NCBI RefSeq assembly: GCF_006345805.1
Contig: NC_043009.1
Span: 61,442,001-61,506,000, forward strand
Source: Octopus sinensis
Lineage: Eukaryota
Reading direction: 5' to 3'
Length of the DNA: 64,000 nt
This document shows positions 24,511 to 38,880 of the stretch, one piece after another; position 1 is the stretch's first letter; each line of letters begins with the position of its first letter. The notes under the pieces were generated by a model. That model saw only the letters and a program-made list of their open reading frames with translations. It had not been told where the DNA came from and searched no databases. The translations under genes and the position numbers were made by a program.

Positions 24511-27500
24511 TAGTCATAGCTAGGTTCACACGCCACAATCTGCTGGGAAGTTTTGTATGAGATGTAGTGTGGCAGTCCGGATGTGTTGTGGAGAACTTTA
24601 ACTACATCTAGGGAAAAAAGGCTTCGCAACTGATTAAAATGAAGTCTCCCAATCACTCTGACCTGCAAGTGTGCTGCCTCCTCTCTCTGTATCTCTCTCT
24701 TCTCTACCATTATTGCAATGTTGTCCTCTGCTCATGCAATATTTCCACTCAGGCACTTCTTTACTCATATCATGTTCACTATCTTTGGCCCTTCACCAAC
24801 TGTTTGGTTCAGGCCTTCCTTTCCCAAATATTTGTCGTCTGGTGTTCCCTCTTTGCACATGTTCAACTTGCAGCAGTTGAAGGAGAATGTTAACTGCCAG
24901 TCTCATCAGACCTGCACAGGTCCTGGTCACGGTCCCTTCCTCCAGACAAGACAAATAAATAGAGAGAGAGAGTGAGAGTAAGGAGGCATGTTGTTTAAGA
25001 TGTAAAGTGCTTGGGTTGTTTTATATATCCAAAAGTTTTGGGCGTGGCAATAGAAACAAATGAGATGAGTGATTCAAATTGCCAAATGTTTCTGTATGCA
25101 TTTCTCTGAATCTGTATGTTTTGACAGCTGATTGTGTAAAGGTGTTGTGACAGTGAATGTTGGTGAGAACATACTGTGACTTGCTTTCACTTAACACATT
25201 GTAAAAGACATCTGTATCTTCTTTCTCACTAATTTAATTGAAGCAAACTTTGAAGGGTCTATGACCTGTATTGTAATTTAGTGTTATTTTTGTGTGCTTA
25301 ATCATGTATTTGAGGGAATTATGATTTTTTTTTTTTCCAAATCTGTTTAATGTATAGCTTTTGAGTTTGTTTCCAAATACTCTTTTCTCTAAATGCTACC
25401 TTAATACATGCTGTAAATTGTACCTACGCTGGAATAGCTTACTCTACAGGTACCTACTATGTATTGTTTCATTAGATACTATCTACTTTCTCAGATATCT
25501 ACACTTGATAACTACTTAAACTATCCACTCCACTCTTCTGTATTCTGTGCCAATATACAAGGGTTAAATTATCATTCTTCGCTATTCAGCAATTATTTTT
25601 AATCCTTGGAGTTGTTGTAGACATAACGTGTGCATTTGTCTTCAAAAATAGGTTTCTTTTTCATTCTCCTAATCCTTAGTAAGCATGTAAGCCAAGTACT
25701 GCAAGCAAAAGAGAGTGGCCCCAGTTTTTTATCTCCTCGGAACCTATTTATAAAATGAACCATTGAAAGTTTATTTGCCAATGAGTCTGTGTTGTATTTT
25801 GTGGTAAGATTTCAGCTACACATCCTTTAATCAGTGGCTGGTATCATATCAACTGAGTCAGCTTCTTCTTATTGATATTGTTGCTGTTAGTTAAAGGTTT
25901 TCTGTGACCTGATTTCTCAACTCTGGATGTCTTGCTAATGAAAATGCATAAGCATCATATTGCATTACCTGTCCTACCATTATAGGCCAGAAAGTGGAAA
26001 GCTTTATTATATCTTGAAGTTTGTGTTTTGCTACACTGAGATTTAAGATCCAGCTTTCAAAGAGAACAATAAATATATACTAGTGTTAAAACAAATACTA
26101 AGGTCTTTGTTAAAATAAGGTTTTGCTATTGCAAGTAATATTGTATAGAAGTTGCTGGCACAATCTTCCAATTATAAATATCTTCATATAGACAACATAG
26201 TTGTCTACTCTATGACAGCAACTGATAATTTTCTAAGAAATTATTATAACAAGTGAATTGGCAGAATTGGTGGAGCATCAAGCAAAATGTCTTGTGCTGT
26301 TTAATTAATGTCACTTTATCTTCATTGTTCAAGTTCCACAGGATTAAATAAGTACTGGTCAGGTACAGAGGTTAATCTTGTTGACTGCACCCTTCTCACA
26401 CAAAATTTGGGGCTTTGCTTCAATGTTTTCGAAATTGTTGCTGTGCTGATTCCAACTTCATCAATAAAACCATTTCTATTGCTTAGGGAAGGCATGAATG
26501 CCATGATCTCATTTTCCTGCTCCTTTTACTCTAACTTTAAGGCAGTTGATGTCTGAATCGGTAGAGCATCAGACAATACATTTCGTCATATTTTAAGTTC
26601 AATTCCTGTCAAGTATTGGAATTGATCTAATTGGTTATCCTGTCTTCTTTGGCCTCGTTCATCTAAACCTTGTAAATGGTTTATGGCTCCAGGAGAGTTA
26701 TGATTATGTAAAAATCCAAATACCTTTAATAGATTGTCACCTGGCCTCTTAATCTTAAATCTTAATTATGGAGTTGAATAGCCTCATCTTTTTACTGCCT
26801 TTTCTCTCAACTGATATAATAACACTTTTCTTTCTGTTGTTTGTTGTATTTTTTTTTAACTGAAAAATTTTTCTATGTTTATTATTTATTTATTTATTTA
26901 TTACATCAAAACTTAAGATAATTTTTTATGTTTTGGGCTTTTCGTTATTTAAAAAAAAAATTATTTTTTTTTCATTTTCTGTCCTGTCCCCCCCTCCTGC
27001 CTACTCTCCACCAAACTCTCTTTTAAAAGTTAAAAAGTTATTTCTGTAATATGTGTTGATAAGTTGAAATAAGTTGTCACCTGTAGCTGTAAAACAGCAG
27101 CAAACCTTTCTACCAAAGACAGTTGAATATCTCCAGCTCTTAACACTCAACTGTTCAAACCATTCACTCACCTATTTGACCTTTCTCTCTCTCTCTAACT
27201 CAACCCTTTCATTCTCAAAATCTGTTTATCTACATAAATATCTATTTTCTATTTCTATAACTCCTCTTTCTACCTATCTCATTTCTCTCTCTCTCTCTCT
27301 TTATCTATCTATCTCTTTCTCTCTCTCTAATCTAAATACTCCTTTTCACTGAAATGTTGTCTAATTAAGTTCTAAAGCCTTTTAATGAAGTATTGAAAAC
27401 CCGAATAGATTTATACCAAATTTATTACCAGACACCTGTCCATTGCCATGGGAAAGGACAAAATGACCGGCAAAATACAGCTTTTAAGGTAAATTCTCTC

Positions 27501-29276
27501 AATTTCTCGTCTGAAAAAAATTGAGATATTTTGCAAACCTAGTGCCATTCTGTTGCTCAGCAATAATGATATGATCTGTCATATGTAGTCTTTTTATTAT
27601 TATTTATCATTATTATTATTTTATTTTACTGTTATTATAGTTTCATTTATTTACTTTTTTTTTTTTTTTATAACTCCCTTATCGCCAAATTTATTAATCT
27701 CTGCTTGTAATGTGTGTTCAGTGATCTGAATGTTTTCATATATATTTATTTTTTTAAATTGTCTGCTCACATTCATTCAATAGGCAACTTTTTTTTTTTT
27801 TTTTTCCGTTCATATTATTCAAGACAAAAATTGTTTCTGTATTGCCTTCCAGTTGTCCACTCTAAAGTCCTTCTATCATTTCTTAACTTGGTTTAATCTA
27901 CAAACCAAGCAGCATGTCTCACTGCAATGATGCTAAGATAGCCTTTTCAAATAATGTACATTTTTCCAGTTTAATTTTTGTTTTGTTCATTTTTCTTTTT
28001 AGTTTTATATTTTAGTTATTATATCCTCATTTATAAGCACCTTTATTTTTTTTTATATCTTTACTATCTTTATTTGATAAATTTTTTTTTTTAAATGTTT
28101 AAAAAAGTGGTGCAGTTGTATTAGTGCTGTCTTTAATTTTGGGGTAAAAACCATAAATGTTGACTCTAAACACCGAATCTAATTACACCTTGTACCTTTT
28201 TGTTTATAAAAATATTTATTCCAACTTTTGGGAAGAAGACACTTTGTCTTCAGCATAAGTATGTGAAACTTCACTTGTTCATTTATTTCTTATTTTCTAT
28301 GCCAGTCAGTTGTATGTATGTATGTATGTTTGTATGTATGTCTCTGTCTTGGATCCAACTCTTTGCATGTAGTAATTGAAAAAATGGTTTAACAAATCCA
28401 ATAATTATTGTTTCCCACACTCTGTGTTAATTTTTGGTGGCCAATCGAAAATAAACTTTCCAAGAACATTGTTTGTAAAAATGTTTCAGTCTTGTAGTGT
28501 TATTATGACATAAATGTTTATTTCAAGAAAGTACTCATTAATACCTTAGCAGTAGGAATTAGCCCAAACTTAGAAATAGCTGGTGAGTAAGGTAAGAGTT
28601 GATTAATAAAGCTATGTTAGATATACACCCACCACACATTCTATTATAATCAGGAAAAAATTCAACCAAAAATTTAACACTTGAAAACAAAAGGTAATAT
28701 TTCTGTATATGTATTTCACACTAATTACTACCATAGCCATTAATAGTTACTATAACTACCGACATCTTCTATCACTTCTGTAGCTACCAATAACAATTAT
28801 AGCAGTCACCAATATCTTTCAAAACTGTTATGCTGTATGTCTGTATGTGTGCATGAAGTATTAATGGATTGATGAATTTCTGTTGCATTTTATTTTATGT
28901 ATAAATGATTTTGTTTTTTCCTATAAATCCATAGCTTACCTGGTATGTGACATGTTGATTAAACCCAGGTCATGAACACATTATCTTTAAAACTGGAGTT
29001 GGTGGAGCTAATTTTTATTTGCTTAGTAATTATTGATAATAAAAAAAATATTTTGATTTCTAGATTTTAGCATTTTCTGGGGTTGCAAAAGAAACACTCT
29101 TAAGTATTATTTACATGAATGAAATTTGTCCCAAGCCTCAGGAGATATCCCCACCTCCCTGTTCTAGATTTGCCATGCAGGATACCACATGTACTCCATC
29201 ACCACATAAAATCTGAGCTCTTTTTTTTTTTTTTTACCTTTTTGCTAATTATTCTATTGGTCCACCTTTGCTAGAC

Positions 29277-30085
29277 CACTAAGTTCCAGATCATAAGCAC
29301 ACCAGCACAAGTTGTCAATTGGTGGTAGGGAACAAACACAGACACACACAATGGGCTTCTTTCAGTTTCCATCTACCAATTCCACTCACAAGGCTGTGGT
29401 CCATCAATGGCCATGGTAGAAACCACTTACCCATGGTGTAGTAGGACTGATGTCAGAATCATGTGATTGGGAAGCAAACTTTTACAACACAGCCATGCCT
29501 GCACTGGTATTTCTGTAAACATATGCCTACACCATCCTCCTTTCTTGAACGAGCCTAGAACCAGCCATAGAGAAGATTATTTTTGGCTCACTGATGAGAA
29601 AAGTTTTGTAAACACACACACACATGTACACACATACACTGTTGCATGTGTATGCATATTATTTACATTTCGTTTTGCAGTTTGTGAACAGTGATGTTGT
29701 TGGTTACCAATGAGCCAGTCAACTAGTTCATTGCATCTTTTAATTCAATGCAGAGGAGAGACATTGCAAAGAATTTCGTTTTTGAAAGCACCAGTATATA
29801 TATATATATATATATTCTTTTACTTGTTTCAGTCATTTAACTGCTGGCATGCTAGAGCACCACCTTTTAGTCGAACAAATTAACCTGAGGACTTATTCTT
29901 TGTAAGCCTAGTACTTATTCTATCAGTCTCTTTGCCGAAGCGCTAAGTTACAGGGATGTAAACACACCAACATCGGTTGTCAAGTGATGGTGAAGGGACA
30001 AACATATAAGTATAGATGTATGCACACACAATGGGCTTCTTTCAGTTTCTGTCTACCAGATCCACACACAAGGCTTTGGTCAGCC
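29277..30085 (-). mobile_element. Two degraded family A SINE copies (about 29277-29505 and 29815-30085)
   Basis: Homology to family A. Confidence 0.75.
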
Positions 30086-30539
30086 CATGTGTGTGTGTGT
30101 CTCTCCCCCAAACACACATACACATGCACACCTGACTTCCTGACCAAAATACATTGATCAAGGGAGTTGTAAGCTGTTAGACTGTCACTTGGCTCTTGGC
30201 TCATGTTTATTTATAGCAGAAACAGCTGTAAGCTAATGGAACTGCTTATGTAACTCGTGTTCTTTTGTCATTCATTCATTAATTGATATTACGCTCTACA
30301 TTGATTTGATGGTTTACTCTAAAGTACATTGAGTATTGCTATGGCCAAGCAGAATCATTATATATATATGTATATATGTATGAATATCAAAACACAGAGT
30401 TGGAAAAGTTTTGGGATTTTACTTACTTACTATTACACATGTTTCATTTGCTAATAGGAATTACAAAGTTGTACATGCTGCATAAACATATAAGAAAATT
30501 CCTATGAGAAATTCATACAGAGAATCATGTATATGTATA

Positions 30540-30790
30540 TATCATCATTATTTAGTGTCCACCTGCTATGCTGGCATAGGTTGGATGGTTTGACAGGAGC
30601 TGACCAGGTAGAAGATTACACCAGGCTACTGTGTCTGTTTAGGCAGGGTTTTTACGGCTGGATACCCTTCCTAACACCAACTACCCACAGAGTGAACTGA
30701 GTGCTTTTTACATGGCACCAGCACAGGCAAGGTCAGTTTTGGCATGGTTTTTACAGCCAGATGCCCTGCCAACCACTTCATAGTGTCTGG
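30540..30790 (-). mobile_element. Degraded family B element
   Basis: ggatacccttcctaacaccaac core and tail. Confidence 0.7.
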
Positions 30791-32282
30791 TTGCCATGTG
30801 TATGTGTATATATATAATTAAACACACAACCGAAAGAGCTACTAATAGTTTCATGCTATTATCATACTTGAAGGGGCATATTTATAGAATATGCCATGTA
30901 TCTTAAAGCAATCTTTTAGGTTCTGTTTATATGTTATGTGTAATTTTTGAAAACAAGAACGCTGGACAGTAAGAAAATAAGGGGGAAAAAAACATAAAAG
31001 GTTGGTGCAAAAAGTGGAATGAGAAAAAAGAAACAGAATCAAGAAGTACAAAGTTTTTATCTGTAAATTCACTTACAAGGCATTGATTTGTCTGAAACTA
31101 TGAAAGAAGGCACTTTCTCAAGGTGTTACATAGATCAGAACTCAGGACCACTTGGTTGCAAAATGCACTTCTTAACCACGTAGCATTGCTTACACACACA
31201 TACACATCCTTAATTTCATTTTGTTGCTCAATTCATTCTGATACAAAAATTTCACTGAGTATTCTGGCCAAAGCTCTGTCTCCAGTAAATCTCTTAGGCA
31301 ACATGTAGAGACTAACAAGTTCTGCATGTGGCACATGTAGTAAGTAGAAGTAATGACAGTAGCGAGTTAAGACACTTTTACATCTATTGCACCTTTTGCA
31401 CAAATACACCCCTATGAGATTTAGTCATTACTTAACTCATCACCATCATTCTCTCCTCATTTAATTTTGTCCCTCTGACCTCTTAACAACACCCTTTTGC
31501 TTGCTTATTCTCTCCTCCTTCATATTTCTTTCTTCAAGCATGTAATATATTCTCAGTGCTCTCAGAAACTTGAAGAAAGATTTTCTTGCCTATGGCAGGA
31601 CTTGGCTCAGAACATTAGGCTTTTTATCTGCCCACAAGCATCAACCTTCACTTGTAGTGGTTATTGTTTCTGGGATACCAAGCAGATACCAGACACTCAT
31701 GTAAATATTACCTACATAGGTGAAATTTGTCCTGAAGAAAATAAGTCACAGAGAACACTACTACTACACAGGCTTGCTCATTGGGATCCCATATAAACAC
31801 ATCAACACCACATACAGGTCAAGCCTTATTTTTGACTTTAACATCAAGGGGGATATTTAGAACTATTCATTCAATACCACCACACACACTCACACATGCA
31901 CATAATGTCTGTCCTTTTATGCTTCATTCTAAGAATGCTTTTGGTCAAATTCTCTACGTAAAAAATTACTGTCTGCATTTTGGTAATTATTTTTAACTCT
32001 CAGGCACTTCCAGAAAGTACGTGTGCTGGTGCCGCATAAAAAGCACCTGTAAAATGGTTGGTGCTAGGAAGAGTATCCCACTGCACAAACTTTGTGGAAA
32101 CAAACAAATGGAGACTGGTGCGGCTTGCCAGTATGGAAAAAGTGATGATGAATAAAAGGCAATTTTATTTGCAAACTACTCTGAGAATTTTTTTTTTCCT
32201 TCACAACAAAATTTTACTTGTCATTAACTTAAATTCATCTTAGGTTAAATTTCCAATTTAGAAAAAATTTTTTACATTCGGA

Positions 32283-33940
32283 TATTCTTATTAAGGTGTG
32301 TGGATAGCAGAATCAGTAAAATGCTGGGCAAAATGCCTTATATTTAGTTGTGTCCATTTACTTTTTTGAGTTCAAATCTTACAGATGTTGACCTCATCTG
32401 TTCTGATGTCAGTAAAAGACCCACCTAGTACTGGTGCCCATCTAATTGACTTTATCCTCAACTCCCCATATTTGTGGCCTGATGCATCTTGTAGAAATTA
32501 TTAATAATTATTGTACTTTTTGAAACGGTGAGCTACCGGAATCATTAGCACGCTGGACAAAACAGCAGTATTTTGTCCGTTTTTATGTCCTGAATTCAAA
32601 TTCCACTGCGATCAAGTTTGCCTCTCTGGATCAATAAAATAAGTACCAGTTGAGTACTGGGGTCAATGTAATCAATTTACCCCCTCCCCAAATTTGAGGC
32701 CTTGCGCTTCTTGTAAAAAAATTAAATTCCTATGCTTTACAAGGCAGCAAGCTGGCAGAACCATTGTCATGCTGGGCAAAAAATGCTTGGCGGTATTTCA
32801 TCAATCTTTACAGTCTGAATTAAAATTTTGCCAAGGTTGACTTCGCCTTTTATCCTTTTGGTGTCGATTAAAATAAGGACCAGTTGAGCCCTGGGGGTCA
32901 ATGCTACTGACTTTGCTCTCCTGTACTCTTGTCCCCTGAAATTAATAGCGTTGTGCCAGAATCTGAAATCAATAGTTATTGTTTTGAATTCAAATCCTCC
33001 CAAGATCAATTTTGCCTTTCATCTTGCTGGAGGTCAATAAAATAAAGTACCAGTAAAGTACTGGGGTTGGTTTAATTGATTAACCTTTCCCCTTCCGCCC
33101 ACAAATTCCTGACCATGTGTCTATATTAGAAGTAATAATTATTATTAAGGTGGCAAATGGCAGAATCATTAGTGTGTTGGTTGATTTTTTTTGCCTTTTA
33201 TTTTGTGGGGTCAATAAAATATGTACCAGTCAAACATTGAGGGCACTAATTGACCAGCCCTGCCTCTAAAATTGCAGGGTTTGTGCCTATAGAAGAAACT
33301 ATTATTATTATGTAGTTAAGGTGGCAAACTGACAGAATCATTAGCATGCCAGGCAAAATGCTTAACAGCATTTCGTCATCTACCTTTATGTTCTGAGTTC
33401 AAATTCCGTTGCAGCTAATAGGCGCAGGAGTGGCTGTGTGGTAAATAGCTTGCTAACCAACCACATGGTTCCGGGTTCAGTCCCACTGCGTGGCATCTTG
33501 GGCAAGTGTCTTCTGCTATAGCCTCGGGCCGACCAAAGCCTTGTGAGTGGATTTGGTAGACGGAAACTGAAAGAAGCCTGTCGTATGTATGTATGTGTGT
33601 GTATATGTTTGTGTTTGTCCCTCTAGCATTGCTTGACAACTGATGCTGGTGTGTTTACATCCTCGTCACTTAGCGGTTCGGCAAAAGAGACCGATAGAAT
33701 AAGTACTGGGCTTACAAAGAATAGGTCCCGGGGTCGATTTTCTCGACTAAAGGCATTGCTCCAGCATGGCCACACTCAAATGACTGAAACAAGTAAAAGA
33801 GAGAGTAATTCTGCCTTTCGTCTTTTCAGGGTTGATAAAATAAAATACCAGCTGAGTACTGGGGGTTGATGTAGTAGATTTACTCCCATCACCCAAACTT
33901 GCTGGCTTTGTACCTAAATGTGAAACCATTATTATTATCA
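32283..33940 (+). mobile_element. Head-to-tail cluster of about six family C SINEs with a full family A copy (33421-33807) nested in the last
   Basis: Repeated head, B box, aataagtaccag and (ATT)n tail units. Confidence 0.8.
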
Positions 33941-36900
33941 TTAACTATTAATTCTTTAAGTATTATAGTTATTAATCTGCAAGTGGTAGATTAAAACACT
34001 TTTTACAGTACCTAATTACATCCACCTGTGTTCTGAATTTCAATTCCACTAACACAGGGTTTCATAAAATAAATACTCGTTAATATGCTGTTGTCAATAT
34101 TCACTCACCTGTATCTCTCCCCCCCTCCCCCCACACTCTAAATATTTCACTTTAAGCCTAATATGTTAGGAATCATTATTTACAACTGTAGTTTTATCAA
34201 ATTGTTTGCAATTAAACAATTATCATTCAATGAATTTCAATTTGGAACATTTAATTCACTGCAATTTATTGTATTGATGAGATATTTTTTATATCTTTAT
34301 AAATTATGCAAAACATTAAGAATGTCATTACTTTTTTTTTTTTTTTATCATCTTTATCTCTTTTCTTTAATACAATTACCAATGTCTTTTTAATGTTGAC
34401 GCTATGCGGTTTGCATATTTATTTGTACATCTTATTTTTAATCGAATTTTTTAAAAAGCTTGTCTGATTTTTTTTAACTTCTTTCTCTCATGTAATCTAA
34501 ACCCTTCTGCATTGTTTCCTATATACAAAAATATTCCTATCTATCTATCTATATATATATTGTGAGGCATACATGTAAAAATGCAGAGGAAAAGGTCTCT
34601 ACACACAAAATATAGAATACTTTATTATAACTGAATTTCTATTTTCATGCCTTATATTGAACATAAATTAACTTTTCCCAGAAAAGCAAACAAAAAGTGA
34701 TGACAAATGAACAAGGAACTAAATGTACAGTTTGTTCACGTCCAAGATTCCTTATAATCAGCTTTTAACTGTTTGCCATATATGGTAGAATAACTCTACT
34801 GCACATCCTATCCAAACAAAATATCACTATCATGAAAGACAATTTCTCTAAAGTAACACATTTAAAATATATTTATTATAAAGTAAGGCTACCAGCGGCT
34901 TTAGGTGACACTATGAAACGATGTGAGGCGTAACTATTAATACTTCCCTTCCTTTTTTTTTTTCTCTATTTTCCCCCTTTCGCTTCTCCTACTTTTTACC
35001 CCATCAGCTGTTTGTGACTTACATGTCAGAATATGGTCATTCCTTGGATAAAGCTACTTTACTACCCTAATCAGTATGAACTAATGAGAGGACATCAAAA
35101 GAATGATGCATAAGCCAGTATAGTCCAAGATATACAAAGGCAAAATACACATTGGCCATAACTGGGACACTTGTGGTCACAAGACTGCTCAATCTGAACT
35201 AAGTGGTATGCAGCAGTACTAGTATTCACTTCAGTATTTTACATTTAAATCTCAGAGCAATGATCCTTATAAAGATCTACTCTAGCTGGGTTAGGTCTCA
35301 CAGCTTAGTTTATTTCTTGGCTATTCCTAGTACCTTTCATATATTAAAATAGTGTACCTTATTGTGGTATACTCAGAGTAAACCAAGTCTTATGCAATTT
35401 CATATATTGTTTATACTCTTGAAAATGGCATGAATATCATTACTTCCACCTCTTCCATGAAGTTATTAAATATGATTACCCACAGAGAGATTATACTGAT
35501 GACCAATTTCTCTGAAGAAAATAAGCTGAGTGTTAAACAACAATATATTTCATTAATGTCTTCTAGTTCAGGATTTCGTCTATGCCACTTACTGAAACTG
35601 AAGTACTCCTTGTTCCTTCAGTAATAAGTGTTTGTTTGTGGTGGTAGGTTCTGTGCACTAAGCTTTGCTTTTTGTTTAAAACAAAAAAGAAAGTGCTCTC
35701 TCATCACTACTTTAATTTCTATCAGCATTATCTGTATCCTAGTTACTGCCTACTTCTACTTAATATTGTTGTGCTGGAAATGGTCAGACAATGGTGTGCC
35801 TATACTGAATGTTTGTACTGACCTCTTATTATTGAGTTGTTATCTAGGTGTTTTATGACTGAGTAGTTGATTGCATGCATATCAGTTGTGATTTTATATA
35901 TGTATATATATAATCTGGAACCTGACATTAGCCATTTGGCTGGAGTGTCAACAGTTTGTGCAATATCACCCTGCCACTTGCCTTATAGCAGCTGGATGGG
36001 CTGGACTCTAGAGGCTGGTCAATCAAAGCAGAATGGGAAAGACATTTGCTGTCCAGACTGAACAGTGTGTGTGTTTGACCCTATATCACAGATAAGGGTA
36101 GGTGGAAATTTGGGGTGGGAAATCAACTGTATGTTCACAGATTTGTGGAGTTAATGCAGGTTACCTGCAATAAGTTGACTGTTAGAGATAGAGAATTAGC
36201 AAATCTTTTGGAAAACTTAATCTGTGTTCACATTTGACAGGCTGCCATCTTCCTGCAGATGTCCCGTGATCTGTAATTATTGAAGAAAAGGTTTACCTGT
36301 GCAATTGTTTTCTGTGTCAATTTGTTTTCGACATTTTCATATATAGGAAAATGTCAAAAGACCATTTGTGGCTTTTTTTTTTTTTTAATCCAATTCCTTC
36401 TAAAATCTTTGAGGAATTAGATTGATTCCATAGATTCGTTATTTTTCACAAATAATATTCATAGATGCTAGCAAAAAAAGTCATTCCAATGTTAAACGAT
36501 TCTTTTATGAAAGATGCTGTGGAGTAGGGAGAATATTTTTAATTCCATGTGTGGCTGGTTTAGAGGATTGATCTCCCTCTTGAATAATTAATTTCAGTAT
36601 TCTGCTTATGCTTTATTCACTCCAAGAGGGTTGAGACTAAGTCACTTTACTGACTATCTCTATACTGTTAGAAAATTAACGCCTTGAATATGCTTGAAGG
36701 AAGAATATCAGCCCGTGACTAACACTTGCTGGCATTTGATTTAGTCTTCCTACCTTCAATGATCAATAAAATATATTGAGATTGTGTTAATCAGTTTTGA
36801 CCTTTCTCTGTAGAAGAAAGAAACCCATTTGAGTTTTGGGGCTTATTTAATTGTTTTTTGTTTTGTTTTTTTACTTTGAGACAATTTTTTTTGTATATTT

Positions 36901-37003
36901 GTTATTTCTCCATTCCTTTATTTTATATTAATCTAAATTCATCAGTTTTGTAGCACAGAGAAGTAATAAGCTACATGATTATGGCATTACATTAAATAAT
37001 TAA

Positions 37004-37350
37004 AGCAGGAGTGACTATGTTGTAAGAAACTTGCTTCCCAACTACATGGTTCTAGGTTCAAGCTCACTGCATGGCACCTTGGGCAAGTGTCTTCTACCAT
37101 TGCCTCAGGCCGACTAAAGCCTTGAATGGATTTGGTAGAAAGAAAGCCATTTTGTGTTTGTCCCTCACCACTGCTAGACAACCAGTGTTGGTGTGTTTGT
37201 ATCCCCATAACTTAGTGGTTCAGCAAAAGAGACTGATAGAATAAATAAGTGCCAGGCTTAACAAAAAGAAAATATTACTGTAGTTGATTCATTCGGTTAA
37301 AAATTCGAGGTGGTGCCCAAGCATGGCCACAGTCTAATGACTGAAACAAA
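37004..37350 (+). mobile_element. Family A SINE
   Basis: Head gcaggagtgactatgt to tail gactgaaaca. Confidence 0.8.
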
Positions 37351-38206
37351 TTAATTCCAAATGATAAAGCATCTTAATGTTGTTGTTGTTATAGTTCTAC
37401 CTAGCTGTGGTGGAATGCATTGTTTTAAGTTGTCTTTTCTTCCCCCACCCCATTCCAACTGATTCTAACATGTACATATCATATATAATATTATAGACTA
37501 AACCTGGGTTTGCATCTATTTTGCCAATTAACCTTACACATGTCAATAAGAAGTAAATGATTCTTTGATTGAATCCAATTAATTTATAGCCTGGATTAGC
37601 CTGTGGTTTAACAGTTTTTTTTTTTTATTCATGTTCTTTTGCATGAATATAACATATACACACACACACACGCACACATGTTTTAAAGCCTTTTCATAAC
37701 GATGTACTCCTCATTCACCATTTTCATTTTTCAGCCTTAACAATTCATCAGTCCAATTACCCGGTTTTTCTCACCATTTTACCCTATAATTCTAGGACCT
37801 TTGGGATTTTGATAGATAGTACTTAGTAATTTAACCCCTGCCCAATCAGATTTACTGTTTCTGGTAACACTATTATCCTATTGTTAGAAGCTAAAGCCAT
37901 TTGGCTTATCATGGACTTTCTTTCACCAGTACTTCTCACAACTAACAAAATTATTGTTCCCTTCAGCCAAGCATCACGTTTAATTAGTTTCTATTAAGGT
38001 ATTCAAGCTCTCATTTGTCATCAATCACCATAAATAGCGTTCATTGTGTGATTGTGTTACTCCTGTACCATACTTGAGAATGAGAGTTAATATATGCTTT
38101 GTTGTTTCACATTACTGTGTCGTTTGTGGACAGAATTACATGTCGTCTCCTCTGAAGCTTGTTTTCTATTCTCATTTATTTTCTCGTTTATTTTGTTTCT
38201 TTGCAG

Positions 38207-38465
38207 GAGGGAGAAATGCCTTTAGAGAACTTATTGGCGATGTATGGTTGTAATAGCACCACACCGGAGACGTTGGAGTCCAGCTGCTTTCAGGACACAC
38301 GATCGAGTAGCGAAGAAGATATTCTCATCAGCCAAAACCTAACCCTAGACAAAGAGGAGATTGCACGTGACCTTCTCTCCAACAGTGATGAAGATGACAA
38401 AGAAACAAATGTAAATGACCTTCTCGACAGTGTTTCATCGTCACAAACTGCCCGCCTACTTCGAT
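38207..38465 (+). CDS. MIER1: MIER1-like exon 4 (EGEMPLENLLAMYG...QTARLLR)
   Basis: ttgcag| ... GAT|gtgagt; 259 nt, phase 0 to 1; matches MIER EGDMPIHELLSLYG; lies in ORF 38159-38521. Confidence 0.95.
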
Positions 38466-38489
38466 GTGAGTTTCACCTGCTCTCTTTAC

Positions 38490-38880
38490 TCTTTACTCTT
38501 TTTCTTGTTTCAGTCATTTGACTGCGGCCATGCTGGAGCACCACCTTTAGTCGAGCAAATCGACCCCGGGACTTATTCTTTGTAAGCCCAGTACTTATTC
38601 TATCGGTCTCTTTTGCTGAACCGCTAAGTAACGGGGACGTAAACACACCAGCATCGGTTGTCAAGCAATGCTAGGGGGACAAACACCGACACACAAACAT
38701 ATACTCACACATACATATATATATATACGACAGGCTTCTTTCAGTTTCCATCTACCACTCACAAGGCATTGGTCGGCCCAAAGCTATAGCAGAAGACACT
38801 TGCCCAAGATGCCACGCAGTGGGACTGAACCCGGAACCATGTGGTTGGTTAGCAAGCTACTTACCACACAGCCACACCTA
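38490..38880 (-). mobile_element. Full-length family A SINE starting about 25 nt after the exon 4 donor
   Basis: Near-identical to 3714-4114. Confidence 0.9.

Noticed and set aside
24880-24915. Minus-strand CTGATGAG hammerhead-like core
   Set aside because: No GAAA or stem III.
28545-28600. Tandem donors gtgagt/gtaaga after a NAGNAG acceptor
   Set aside because: Weak pyrimidine tract and immediate stops; no support.
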